From Dehalococcoidia bacterium (GTDB taxonomy: Bacteria; Chloroflexota; Dehalococcoidia; Bin125): a stretch of 54,303 nt of DNA. This document shows positions 1-9,751 of this stretch, piece by piece. The stretch's first letter is position 1, and every line of letters begins with the position of its first letter. The notes beneath the pieces are model-generated. The model did no database searches and was not told the origin of the DNA. It was given only the letters and a program-made list of their open reading frames with translations. The stretch spans positions 1-54,303 of the forward strand of contig JAJDZG010000083.1 in NCBI GenBank assembly GCA_022824765.1, in the 5' to 3' direction. Position numbers and translations under genes: made by a program.

Positions 1-676
1 CCCGCGACGCGCGGAGATCGCGCAGCAGTTGAGATACCTCGTCCCGCTCCTCGCCCAGTCCCAGCATGAATCCGGTCTTGGTCGGAATCTGCGGCTGCCA
101 CTCCGAAGCCCGTCGCAGCAGTTCCAGCGAGCGCTCGTAACGCGCCTGGAAACGCACGCGTGAGTAAAGCCGTGCGACGGTCTCGACGTTATGGTTCAGC
201 ACGGTCGGCGCCGCCCGCAGCACCGTCTCCAGCGCGTCCCAGTTGCCGACAAAGTCCGGGATCAGCACCTCCACCGACGTCTGCGGCCGCCGACGCCGAA
301 TCAGCTCGATGCAAGAGGCGAAGATCTGAGCCCCGCCGTCGGCCGTATCGTCTCGATTCACTGACGTGATGACCACATAGGACAAGCCCAGCCGATCGAC
401 CGCCGCAGCCAGCCGCGCGGGCTCAGCCCAATCCAGCGGCTGCGGCTTGCCAGACGTGACGGCGCAAAAGCCGCACGCACGCGTGCACGTATCGCCCAGA
501 ATCATGAACGTCGCGGTGCCGCGGTTGAAGCACTCGCCGATGTTCGGGCAGCGCGCCTCTTGGCAGACCGTGTTGAGCGTCTCGTCTTGCAACAGCTGGA
601 CGATCTGCCCATATCGCTCTCCGCCCGGAAAGTGGGCCCGAATCCACTCTGGCTTCCGCTCGCGCGTTCGCGGCAT
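1..676 (-). CDS. lipA: Lipoyl synthase (radical SAM), 3' end runs off the window
   Basis: Not in the ORF track. Manual translation from ATG at 676 (overlapping the lipB TGA) gives MPRTRERKPEWIR...TVCQEARCPNIGECF...ATFMILGDTCTRACGFCAV, containing the LipA CX4CX5C and radical-SAM CX3CX2C motifs. Confidence 0.95.
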   Translation of the reverse strand, partial: MPRTRERKPEWIRAHFPGGERYGQIVQLLQDETLNTVCQEARCPNIGECFNRGTATFMILGDTCTRACGFCAVTSGKPQPLDWAEPARLAAAVDRLGLSYVVITSVNRDDTADGGAQIFASCIELIRRRRPQTSVEVLIPDFVGNWDALETVLRAAPTVLNHNVETVARLYSRVRFQARYERSLELLRRASEWQPQIPTKTGFMLGLGEERDEVSQLLRDLRASR

Positions 677-1392
677 CAATCGCCTCCCCGCCACCGAGCC
701 ATCGAGAGCCGCAGACCGAACACGTCGCTGAAGCTTGCCGCAAGCATCGGCGCGCATGCCTCCACCGAGATATGTCGGCTCGCCTCAATCGACAGCGACG
801 TCGCCGATGCGCCCTCGATCCCGCAGGCGCGAATGTCATCAAACCAGGCAAGGTCGACATCACAGTTCAGTGCCAGACCGTGTCGGCTGACTCCGCCCTG
901 GATGCGGACGCCCACGCTCGCCAGCTTGCGCTCGCCGATCCAGAGGCCTGGCCGCCCGGGCACGGCTTCTGCCGCGATGCCAAACTGCTCGACGGTCAGG
1001 CGCACCGCCTTCTCGAGTCCGCGCACGTACGACGCGATGCCGATCTGCCGCTCCCGAACCCTCAGGATCGGCCAGACAACGAGCTGGCCGGGGCCGTGAA
1101 ACGTGATGTCTCCGCCGCGATCTGTATCGATGACGGGCGCCGACAGCGGTCGCAGAACGTGTTCGCGGCCGCCTCGCCGCCCCTGGCTGTAGACCGGATC
1201 ATGTTCCAACAGCACCACAACTTCGGGCGCGGACCCGGCGGCGACGGCCGCGGCCCGCCTCTGCTGCCAGCTGATCGCGTCCGCGTAGGGCACGCGTCCC
1301 GCATGCGTGACCTGGACAATCTGCGAGCGTTCGAACCCCCGCGCAGATACCGGCTCGCGGCTTGTGGTCGTCTCCAGCGTCTGCGTGCCCAC
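676..1392 (-). CDS. lipB: Lipoyl(octanoyl) transferase
   Basis: Motifs LLEHDPVYSQGRRG, DRGGDITFHGPGQLV, KLASVGVR, HGLALN; directly upstream of lipA. Confidence 0.95.
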   Translation of the reverse strand: MGTQTLETTTSREPVSARGFERSQIVQVTHAGRVPYADAISWQQRRAAAVAAGSAPEVVVLLEHDPVYSQGRRGGREHVLRPLSAPVIDTDRGGDITFHGPGQLVVWPILRVRERQIGIASYVRGLEKAVRLTVEQFGIAAEAVPGRPGLWIGERKLASVGVRIQGGVSRHGLALNCDVDLAWFDDIRACGIEGASATSLSIEASRHISVEACAPMLAASFSDVFGLRLSMARWRGGD

Positions 1393-1485
1393 GATGCCCC
1401 CCTGCGCGTGCCTCTGATTCAGTCTATCCAGCGACCGATGCGCGGGAACGGTGTCGCCGCCAATCTTGAGTAGACTGAATCCACC

Positions 1486-4182
1486 ATGACGACCTCTGAG
1501 TCCCCCTGGTTTTCAGCGCACGCCCGCGCGACAGACCCATTGGGCGCCGACGACTGGCTGGAAACGAACGACTGGATCGACTCCTTACGCGATGTCGCGC
1601 GGCGGCGCGGGCCCGACCGCGTCTCGCGGCTGCTGCAATCTCTCCAGATCGAGGCCCAGCGCGGCGGCATCCGCCTGCCCGTGACATCGCAGACCCCGTA
1701 CGTCAACACGATCCCCATCGAGCGCCAACCCGCCTACCCCGGCGACCTCGAGATCGAACGCAGAATCAAGTCGATCATCCGCTGGAACGCCATGGCGATG
1801 GTCGTCGAGGCGAACCAGAACAACCACGGCATCGGTGGACACATCTCGACCTACGCCTCGGCGGCGACGCTGTACGAAGTGGGCTTCAACCACTTCTTCC
1901 GCGGCCAGGACCACCCCAGCGGCGGAGACCTGGTCTACTTCCAGGGGCATTCCGCGCCAGGCATCTATGCGCGCGGTTATGTCGAGCGCAGACTCGAGCC
2001 CGCGCAGCTGCACAAGTTCCGCCAGGAGCTCTCCGGCGGACTGCCGTCCTATCCCCATCCGTGGTTGATGGACCACTACTGGCAGTTCCCCACGGTCTCG
2101 ATGGGGCTCGGGCCGCTTCAGGCCATCTATCAGGCGCGATTCATCCGCTACCTCGAGAACCGCGACCTCTTGCCCATCACCGATCGCAAGGTCTGGTGCT
2201 TCCTCGGCGACGGCGAGACGGACGAACCTGAGTCACTCGGTTCGATCGCCCTCGCATCGCGCGAGGAGCTCGACAACCTGATCTTCGTCGTCAACTGCAA
2301 CTTGCAGCGGCTCGATGGGCCGGTGCGCGGCAATGGACAGATCATCCAGGAACTCGAAGCCGTCTTCCGCGGCGTCGGCTGGAACGTGATCAAGGTGATC
2401 TGGGGATCGGAGTGGGATCAGCTGCTCGCCCGAGACGATGAGGGGCTGCTCGTTCAGCGCATGGGCGAGGTGGTCGACGGCGAGTATCAGAAGTACACCG
2501 TGGCCGGCGGCGGATACATTCGCAAGCACTTCTGGGGCGTTGATCCGCGACTGCTGCGGATGGTCGATGACCTCTCTGACGACGCCCTCTGGCGAATGCG
2601 CCTGGGCGGACACGACCCCCTCAAAGTCCACGCCGCCTTCCGAGCCGCCAGCGACCATCGCGGCGCGCCGACGGTCATCCTCGCCCGTACGATCAAGGGC
2701 TACGGACTCGGAGAAGCCGGCGAAGGCCGCAACATCACCCATCAGCAGAAGGAGCTCAACGAACAAGAGCTGTTGCAGTTCCGCGACCGCTTCGCCATCC
2801 CCCTCTCCGATGAAGAAGTGGTCGGCGCTCCGCTCTATCGTCCCGCGCCCGACAGTCGTGAGGCGTTCTACGTGTCCGACCGCCAGTCCGCATTGGGCGG
2901 GCCCGTCCCCGAACGCCGATCGCCGCCATCGCCCTTGACCGCGCCGCCAGACGACGCGTTCCAGGAGTTTCATGAGGGCACCGGCGACCGCGAGGCGTCC
3001 ACCACGATGGGATTCGTGCGAATGCTCAGTCGGCTCATGCGCGACCGCGAGATTGGCCAGCGCATCGTCCCGATCGTCCCCGACGAGTCGCGCACCTTCG
3101 GCATGGAAGGCATGTTCCGCGAGTTCGGCATCTATGCCTCCACCGGCCAGCTGTACGAACCGGTCGATTCCGACCGCCTGCTCTTCTACAAGGAGTCGCG
3201 CGACGGACAAATCCTGGAAGAAGGCATCACCGAGGCCGGCGCGATGTCGTCGTTCATCGCCGCCGGTACCGCCTACTCGACGCTGCAAGCGCCAATGATC
3301 CCGTTCTTCATCTTCTACTCGATGTTTGGCTTGCAGCGCATTGGCGATCTTGCCTTCGCCGCCGGCGACGCCAGGGCACGCGGCTTCCTGATCGGCGCCA
3401 CCGCCGGCCGCACCACACTCAACGGCGAAGGCCTCCAGCATCAGGACGGACACAGTCATCTCCTGGCCTCGACGATCCCCAATCTGATCGCATACGACCC
3501 GGCCTACACCTACGAGATCGCCGTCATCGTCCAAGAGGGCTTCAGACGCATGCACGACGAGGACGAGAGCGTGTTCTTCTACGTCACGGTCGAGAACGAG
3601 GCGTACCCGCAGCCGCCGATGCCCGAGTCGGAGCTGGTGCGTGAGGGGATCCTGCGCGGCATCTACCCGTTAGCCGTGTGCAATGACCCGCAGGTTCGGC
3701 TGCTCGGCAGCGGACCGATCCTGAATGAAGTGCGCCGCGCTCGAGACATGCTGGAGCACGATTACGGCGTTCGCGCAGATGTCTGGTCCGTCACGTCCTA
3801 CACCGAGCTGCGGCGTGAGGCGCTCCATACCGACCGCTGGAACCGCATGCATCCGCTCGAAGAGTCGCGCCGTTCCTGGCTGGAGAGTGCGCTGGGAACG
3901 TCCCATGCGCCGATCATCGCGGCCAGCGACTACGTCGCAACCCTGCCCGACATGGTCGACCGTTGGCTGCCAGGACCGCTGACCGCGCTGGGCACCGATG
4001 GCTTCGGTCGTTCAGACACGCGCGAAGCACTGCGCGACTTCTTCGAAGTCGACGCCAACTCTGTGGTCTGGTCGGCGTTGAGCGCGCTCGCGCGTCGCGA
4101 TGAGATCGATGGAGACACCCTGCTTCGCGCCCGCGACACCCTCCGCATCGACCCTGAGCGCCCCGATCCTATGTTGCAGTAG
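1486..4182 (+). CDS. aceE: Pyruvate dehydrogenase E1, homodimeric (AceE) type
   Basis: 898 aa; GGHISTYAS, SYPHP, FPTVSMGLGP, TPP motif GDGETDEPE...NCNLQRLDGPV, GEGLQHQDGH. Confidence 0.97.
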   Translation: MTTSESPWFSAHARATDPLGADDWLETNDWIDSLRDVARRRGPDRVSRLLQSLQIEAQRGGIRLPVTSQTPYVNTIPIERQPAYPGDLEIERRIKSIIRWNAMAMVVEANQNNHGIGGHISTYASAATLYEVGFNHFFRGQDHPSGGDLVYFQGHSAPGIYARGYVERRLEPAQLHKFRQELSGGLPSYPHPWLMDHYWQFPTVSMGLGPLQAIYQARFIRYLENRDLLPITDRKVWCFLGDGETDEPESLGSIALASREELDNLIFVVNCNLQRLDGPVRGNGQIIQELEAVFRGVGWNVIKVIWGSEWDQLLARDDEGLLVQRMGEVVDGEYQKYTVAGGGYIRKHFWGVDPRLLRMVDDLSDDALWRMRLGGHDPLKVHAAFRAASDHRGAPTVILARTIKGYGLGEAGEGRNITHQQKELNEQELLQFRDRFAIPLSDEEVVGAPLYRPAPDSREAFYVSDRQSALGGPVPERRSPPSPLTAPPDDAFQEFHEGTGDREASTTMGFVRMLSRLMRDREIGQRIVPIVPDESRTFGMEGMFREFGIYASTGQLYEPVDSDRLLFYKESRDGQILEEGITEAGAMSSFIAAGTAYSTLQAPMIPFFIFYSMFGLQRIGDLAFAAGDARARGFLIGATAGRTTLNGEGLQHQDGHSHLLASTIPNLIAYDPAYTYEIAVIVQEGFRRMHDEDESVFFYVTVENEAYPQPPMPESELVREGILRGIYPLAVCNDPQVRLLGSGPILNEVRRARDMLEHDYGVRADVWSVTSYTELRREALHTDRWNRMHPLEESRRSWLESALGTSHAPIIAASDYVATLPDMVDRWLPGPLTALGTDGFGRSDTREALRDFFEVDANSVVWSALSALARRDEIDGDTLLRARDTLRIDPERPDPMLQ

Positions 4183-4191
4183 AGAATCGCC

Positions 4192-5568
4192 ATGACGACC
4201 AACGCATCCGATCCCGGAGCCATCCTGCTGCCCGACCTCGGGGAGGACATTGATGAGGCCGACGTGCTCCAGATCTACGTCTCCGTTGGTGACGTGGTCG
4301 TGATCGAACAACCGCTGATCGAGATTGAGACCGAGAAAGCAACGCTTGACCTGCCCTCGCCAGTTGGCGGAGCGGTGACTGCCGTACATGTCAGCAACGG
4401 CCAGACGATCCGTCCCGGTGATCTGGTGCTCAGCATTGATCCCAGTGCGCCCAATGTGCCGGTGGCGCATGAGCCGAGTGCGACTGAATCGGTGCAGAAT
4501 GAGCAATCGCCGGCCCCGCCCACTGCTGCTCCCGAAGCCCCTCCGGCGCCAGGGCGCAATGAGATGCCCCCTGAAGACTTCGACGATCCGCCTGAAGAAC
4601 TCGCAGCCCGCTTACCCTCCGCCGCTCCCGCGCCCTTGCTTGACGGCGAGCCTGAGGGTCGACCTGTCTTTGCCTCGCCTTCGGCCAGACGCTTTGCGAG
4701 AGAGATCGGCGTCGACATCCGCGCCGTCGGCGGCAGCGGCCCGGGCGGGCGGATCGACCTGGACGACATTAAGCGGCACGCGCGCGAGACACCGCGCGAA
4801 GCGCCGCAGGCGGCTCATTCAGCGCTGGCGCCAGGGCCGCTGCCCGACTTCTCGGAGTTCGGCGCCATCGAGCGCGTGCCGATGAGCCGCCTGCGCCGCA
4901 CCATCAAGCGCAACATGGCCCTCTCGTGGCACGAGGTGCCGCATGTGACGCTGCACCACACCGCTGACGTCACCGAGCTCGAGCAGGTCCGCCACGACTA
5001 TCGCGACCGCGCAGAGGAGCTGGGCGGTCGGCTGACAATCACCGCGATCCTGCTCAAGATCGCCGCCGCCGCCTTGCAGGCGCACCCGCACGTCAACAGC
5101 TCGCTCGACGCTGAGACCGACGAGTTGATCCTCAAGCGCTACTACCACCTCGGCGTCGCGGTGGACACGCCGCGCGGTCTGGTCGTGCCCGTCATCCGCG
5201 ACGTCGACCGCAAGAACATCATCGAGCTCTCCGTGGAGCTGACCGACATCTCCGAGCGCGCGCGATCGGGAGATCTGGAACTGCAGGACTTTCGCGGCAG
5301 CAGCTTCACCGTGACCAACCTGGGTGGGTTGGGCACTGGGCACTTCACGCCGATCATTCACCATCCCAACACGGCGATCCTGGGTATGGGCCGCGCCGAA
5401 CGTCGGCCGGTCTGGTCCGAAGCGCTCAACGACTGGGAACCGCGCAGCATTCTGCCCCTGTCGTTCACCTTCGACCACCGCGTGATCGACGGCGCGGACG
5501 GCGCGCGCTTCATGACCTGGATCGCCGACGTGATTCGCCAGCCGCTAGTGCTGGCGCTGGGCGGCTAA
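4192..5568 (+). CDS. aceF: Dihydrolipoamide acetyltransferase E2 (one lipoyl domain)
   Basis: Lipoyl domain IETEKA, E3-binding ASPSARRFAREIGVD...GSGPGGRI, catalytic FDHRVIDGA. Confidence 0.93.
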   Translation: MTTNASDPGAILLPDLGEDIDEADVLQIYVSVGDVVVIEQPLIEIETEKATLDLPSPVGGAVTAVHVSNGQTIRPGDLVLSIDPSAPNVPVAHEPSATESVQNEQSPAPPTAAPEAPPAPGRNEMPPEDFDDPPEELAARLPSAAPAPLLDGEPEGRPVFASPSARRFAREIGVDIRAVGGSGPGGRIDLDDIKRHARETPREAPQAAHSALAPGPLPDFSEFGAIERVPMSRLRRTIKRNMALSWHEVPHVTLHHTADVTELEQVRHDYRDRAEELGGRLTITAILLKIAAAALQAHPHVNSSLDAETDELILKRYYHLGVAVDTPRGLVVPVIRDVDRKNIIELSVELTDISERARSGDLELQDFRGSSFTVTNLGGLGTGHFTPIIHHPNTAILGMGRAERRPVWSEALNDWEPRSILPLSFTFDHRVIDGADGARFMTWIADVIRQPLVLALGG

Positions 5569-5588
5569 GCGGGGAGGAGGGCGAGATC

Positions 5589-7025
5589 GTGACTGTGGTG
5601 ACGGAGCGCAGCAACGCAGACGCCCATCGGCTGGTCGTGCTCGGCGCCGGGCCCGGCGGCTATCCAGCGGCCTTCCACGCCGCCGAACGCGGGTTGGACG
5701 TCACACTCGTCGATACGCGGTCGCAACCCGGCGGCGTCTGCCTATACGAGGGCTGCATCCCATCCAAGGCGTTGCTCCATGTCGGCAAGCTGATCCGCGA
5801 GGCGCGCGAGGCCTCAGCCTGGGGGGTCAGCTTCGGCGACCCAACCCTCGACCTCGATCAGCTGCGCGACTGGAAGGACGGCGTCGTCAAGAAGATGACC
5901 AACGGGCTCGGACTGATGCGCCGCCAGCGCAGCGTCCAGTACCAACAGGGATACGGACGCATCCGCGACAGCAACACGCTCAACATCGAGTCCAACGGCG
6001 AAGTGATCCCTCTCGAGTTCGACTCCTTGATCGTGGCCACCGGCTCGACGCCCGCCGCGCCGCGCGCCCTGCGGCTTGACTCTGACCGCGTGCTCGACTC
6101 CACCACCGCGCTTGAACTGCCCGAAATCCCCGAAACTCTGCTCGTCGTCGGCGGCGGCTACATCGGACTCGAACTCGGCACCGTCTACGCCGAGTTGGGC
6201 GCGAGGGTCACCGTGGTGGAGGCGCTGCCCGAAATCCTCAGCGGCGTCGAGCGCGACCTCGTCCGCGTGCTGCAGCGCAGCCTGCGTTCGCGATTCGAAG
6301 CGATCCACGTCAACGCCTCCGTGCAGTCCCTCGCCGAGACTGATCACGGCGTCGAAGTCGTCATCACGGACAAGGAAGGAGTCGAGCGCACGGAGGTCTA
6401 CAGCCATGTCCTCATTGCGACCGGGCGCCGACCGAACAGCGACGGCCTGGGACTGGAACGCACGCGGGCGCTGATCGACGAGCGCGGCTTCATCGTCACC
6501 GACCAGCAGCGTCGGACAGCGCAGTCTTCCATCTTCGCCATCGGAGACGTCGCCGGCGAGCCGATGCTGGCCCATAAGGCGACGGCTGAAGCGTCGGTGG
6601 CCGTTGAAGCGATCCTGGGCGAGCCCTCGGCATTCCGTCCGCTGGCCGTGCCGGCCGTCATCTTCACCGATCCCGAAATCGCCTGGTGCGGACTGAGCCA
6701 GTCAGACGCCGCAGCCGTTGGGATGGAGGCGTCGACGGTCAGCTTTCCTTGGGCAGCGCTGGGCCGCGCAACCGCTTCGGGGCGAAACGACGGCCTGACC
6801 CGGTTGGTGATCGAGCACGGCACCGAGCGCATCCTCGGCATGCAAGTCGTGGGCGCAGGTGCGGGTGAGCTGATCGGCGAGGGTGTGCTGGCGGTCGAGA
6901 TGGGCGCGCGCGCCTCCGACCTGGCCGAGTCGATCCACGCCCATCCGACGCTGAACGAGTCCGTCATGGAGGCGGCGCAGGTCTTCTTCGGCCTCAGTCC
7001 GCACTATCTGGCCCGCAAGCGCTGA
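5589..7025 (+). CDS. lpdA: Dihydrolipoamide dehydrogenase E3
   Basis: GAGPGGY, GGVCLYEGCIPSK, GGGYIGLE, HAHPTLNE. Confidence 0.96.
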   Translation: MTVVTERSNADAHRLVVLGAGPGGYPAAFHAAERGLDVTLVDTRSQPGGVCLYEGCIPSKALLHVGKLIREAREASAWGVSFGDPTLDLDQLRDWKDGVVKKMTNGLGLMRRQRSVQYQQGYGRIRDSNTLNIESNGEVIPLEFDSLIVATGSTPAAPRALRLDSDRVLDSTTALELPEIPETLLVVGGGYIGLELGTVYAELGARVTVVEALPEILSGVERDLVRVLQRSLRSRFEAIHVNASVQSLAETDHGVEVVITDKEGVERTEVYSHVLIATGRRPNSDGLGLERTRALIDERGFIVTDQQRRTAQSSIFAIGDVAGEPMLAHKATAEASVAVEAILGEPSAFRPLAVPAVIFTDPEIAWCGLSQSDAAAVGMEASTVSFPWAALGRATASGRNDGLTRLVIEHGTERILGMQVVGAGAGELIGEGVLAVEMGARASDLAESIHAHPTLNESVMEAAQVFFGLSPHYLARKR

Positions 7026-7046
7026 GCCGGCACGAGTCCCGCGGAC

Positions 7047-7919
7047 ATGCAGATCCAACTCGGCGGACAGACTCTCGACGCGACCGATCGCTGCCTGGTC
7101 ATGGGCATCCTCAACGTCGCAACGGACTCGCCGGTCACCGAGTCCATCGTCGATGTCCAGGAAGCGCCGCGCCGCGCCGCCGAACTCCGCGACGCAGGAG
7201 CATCGATCATCGACGTTGGCGCACAGTCCACGCGAACAGGCGCTGCCGCAGTATCACCCGAACAAGAGATCGCGAGAGTCGCCCCAGTGATCGAGATGCT
7301 GGTGCGCGAAGGGCACCTCGTCTCCGTCGACACCTGGACAGCACCGGTCGCGCGGGCGGCCGTGGCCGCGGGCGCCCATCTGATCAACGACATCACCGGC
7401 GCCGCGCCCGAGACCGTCGCGGTTGCAGTCGAGACGACCACGCCAATCGCAGTCATGCACATGCGAGGCGAGCCGCAACGTCACCGCGAAGTGACCCACG
7501 AGTATGAGGACGTCGCGGGCGAAGTCCGCGACTGGCTCGGACGGAGAGCAACTGAGATTGAAGCCGCGGGCGCTCCGTCGGTCTGGATCGATCCCGGCTT
7601 CCAGTTCGGACGCGGGCTGGCTGACAACCTGCGCCTGCTACTCGATCTCCCGCAGCTCGCAAATCTGGGCTATCCCGTCCTCATCTCGGCGTCCCGCAAG
7701 GGGTTTCTGGCCGAGATGCTGGGTCACGGCGAGCTGCGCTCCCACGATGCGCACGGCAAGCCAGGCATGCTCGAGGCGACCATCGCCTTCAACGTCCTCG
7801 CCGCCTGGCTCGGTGCTCACGTCGTGCGCGTCCACGACGTGGAAGAGGTGGCTTGGGCGCTCGAGGTATCGGCGGCAGCCAAATCCTTGCGCCGCGCCAG
7901 AGACGATGCAGCCCGCTGA
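7047..7919 (+). CDS. folP: Dihydropteroate synthase
   Basis: VMGILNV, IIDVGAQSTR, SVDT, LINDI, IDPGF, SRKGF, VRVHDV. Confidence 0.88.
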   Translation: MQIQLGGQTLDATDRCLVMGILNVATDSPVTESIVDVQEAPRRAAELRDAGASIIDVGAQSTRTGAAAVSPEQEIARVAPVIEMLVREGHLVSVDTWTAPVARAAVAAGAHLINDITGAAPETVAVAVETTTPIAVMHMRGEPQRHREVTHEYEDVAGEVRDWLGRRATEIEAAGAPSVWIDPGFQFGRGLADNLRLLLDLPQLANLGYPVLISASRKGFLAEMLGHGELRSHDAHGKPGMLEATIAFNVLAAWLGAHVVRVHDVEEVAWALEVSAAAKSLRRARDDAAR

Positions 7920-7975
7920 GCGCGCGATACACTCTCCCTGAGTGCCCCCGCAATCATCCGCAGGAGAATCGCGTC

Positions 7976-8176
7976 ATGCCCGTCTATACCTATCGCTGCG
8001 AAGTATGCAGCGAAAACTTCGACAAGATTCGTCCAATGGCTCAGGCGTCCGAACCGCAAGCCTGCCCCACGTGCGACGCTGAGGCTGAACGCGTCATGGC
8101 CGGCGTCTTCGAGAACAACTCGACCAAGAACCGCTCGGCGAACTTCCCCAGACGCAAGCGCTACACCAACTGGTAA
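7976..8176 (+). CDS. FmdB-family zinc-ribbon protein
   Basis: MPVYTYRCEVC...CPTC; AGGAG RBS upstream of ATG 7976 (start revised from the ORF track). Confidence 0.85.
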   Translation: MPVYTYRCEVCSENFDKIRPMAQASEPQACPTCDAEAERVMAGVFENNSTKNRSANFPRRKRYTNW

Positions 8177-8217
8177 CGACTGCCGACAAACAGCGACGTT
8201 CGCACTTGGAGTCTTGC

Positions 8218-9315
8218 ATGAGCCAGCGACCGCCCGATCCGATTCCGTTCCCCAGCGACCGCATCCAGGGCGGCGCACCGCCGCCGCAGACTCCACAGCC
8301 GCCGGCCCAACCGTCGGGGCCCGTGATCTACTCAGCCTCAGGTCAACCGATGCGACGAGTCACCCAGCCGCCCGCTCCGCCGCCGCCGCCTCCGGTACCG
8401 CTCAACGCGGCACCTCCGCAGCCGGCCGACGTTGGTGATCCCGCCACACAGGAACCAGTCGGCTTACACGGACACATTGCCGCCGTAATCGACTCGACCG
8501 ATGCGGACTTCGAGCGCGATGTGATCCAACGATCGCATGAAATGCCGGTGATCGTCGACTGCTGGGCGCCGTGGTGCGGGCCTTGCCGCGTGCTGGGACC
8601 GATCCTCGAGAAGCTGGCCTATGAGCGCGACGGCCAGATCCAGTTGGTCAAGGTCAACACCGATGAGAACCCGCAAGTCGCGCGCGCGTTGCAAGTGGAA
8701 GGCATCCCGGCCGTCTTCGCGTTCGCCGGCGGACAGCTGGTCAACCGCTTTGTCGGCGCGTTGCCCGAGGAACAGGTGCGAGCATTCTTTGACTCGCTGA
8801 TTCCCTCCGAAGCCGACATCAAGGCGGCAGAGGGCTACCGCATGATGCAGGAAAACCAGATTCCCATCGCGCGACTGCATTTCGAGTCCGCGCTCGACGA
8901 AGATCCCAACCACGAAATGGCTGGCGTCGGTCTCGCGGCCATCCTGTCGCGTCTCGGCGAGACGGAGCGCGCCGCCGAGCTCGCGCGCCGCTGGCCCAAC
9001 CATCCGTTGAGCAAGAGCGTGCTCACGTCCATGGAACTCGCAGCGGCGCTGGACGGTCAGGACGCCGGCGCGATCCGCAACGCTGCTGCATCTCAGCCGA
9101 CCGACGCGATGAGCCGCTATCGGCACGGCTGTCTGCTGGCCCTGGAAGGTCAGATGATGCAGGCGTTGGACGAGATGCTGGAATCAGTGCGGCTGGATAG
9201 GTCAGCCGGCGACGAGGCGGCGCGCAAGACGCTGCTCGGCCTCTTCGCCATGCTCGGCGAGAACGAGCCAGTCGTCGCCGAGTACCGCAAACGGCTCGGT
9301 CAGCTGCTCTTCTAG
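8218..9315 (+). CDS. Thioredoxin-TPR protein (CnoX/YbbN-like chaperedoxin) with a Pro-rich N-terminal extension
   Basis: DCWAPWCGPC, IPAVFAF, helical TPR-like C-terminus ending YRKRLGQLLF. Start taken at ATG 8218. Confidence 0.85.
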   Translation: MSQRPPDPIPFPSDRIQGGAPPPQTPQPPAQPSGPVIYSASGQPMRRVTQPPAPPPPPPVPLNAAPPQPADVGDPATQEPVGLHGHIAAVIDSTDADFERDVIQRSHEMPVIVDCWAPWCGPCRVLGPILEKLAYERDGQIQLVKVNTDENPQVARALQVEGIPAVFAFAGGQLVNRFVGALPEEQVRAFFDSLIPSEADIKAAEGYRMMQENQIPIARLHFESALDEDPNHEMAGVGLAAILSRLGETERAAELARRWPNHPLSKSVLTSMELAAALDGQDAGAIRNAAASQPTDAMSRYRHGCLLALEGQMMQALDEMLESVRLDRSAGDEAARKTLLGLFAMLGENEPVVAEYRKRLGQLLF

Positions 9316-9350
9316 ACGCTCTCCGCTATGCCACGGCGAGGCAACGACGG

Positions 9351-9677
9351 CTACGCCTCGTCGTCGTCCTTCGTGTACCACTCCCGTGTCCGCCACCATG
9401 GCATGGGACGAATGTCGTCTTCAGCCGTTGCCCGGTTGCGGACCGCCCAGACGAACACCCAGATCGTCACCCCAACGAACACGAACGGGATGAACAGCGA
9501 AGTCGCCAGCGTCTCGTCAGAGACGTGCAAGTCGTCGCCGTCATCCTCGCCGCCGGCATTCGCAACCTGCGGCTGCTCTGTCAACGCGAACTCGCCCGCC
9601 GCGGCCGCGCCGAGCGTCAGCGCGCACAAGCCGCTCACCACCATCAGCGCCAGCAGGAAACGTCGAAGCTGGGACAT
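9351..9677 (-). CDS. Small membrane protein (N-terminal signal/TM segment plus a C-terminal TM helix)
   Basis: GAGGGG RBS before ATG 9677; MSQLRRFLLALMVVSGLCALTLGAAAA, acidic linker, LFIPFVFVGVTIWVFVWAV. Confidence 0.65.
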   Translation of the reverse strand: MSQLRRFLLALMVVSGLCALTLGAAAAGEFALTEQPQVANAGGEDDGDDLHVSDETLATSLFIPFVFVGVTIWVFVWAVRNRATAEDDIRPMPWWRTREWYTKDDDEA

Positions 9678-9739
9678 TCGATCACACCCCTCAACTGTTC
9701 TCGCCATAGTGTCGCGCGATGCGCCGACAGCGTCAACGC

Positions 9740-9745
9740 TAGAAT
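9740..9745 (+). promoter_or_regulatory. -10 element TAGAAT 6 nt before ATG 9752 (probable leaderless transcript)
   Basis: GC-TAGAAT-AGGCGC-ATG; no clear SD motif. Confidence 0.5.
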
Positions 9746-9751
9746 AGGCGC

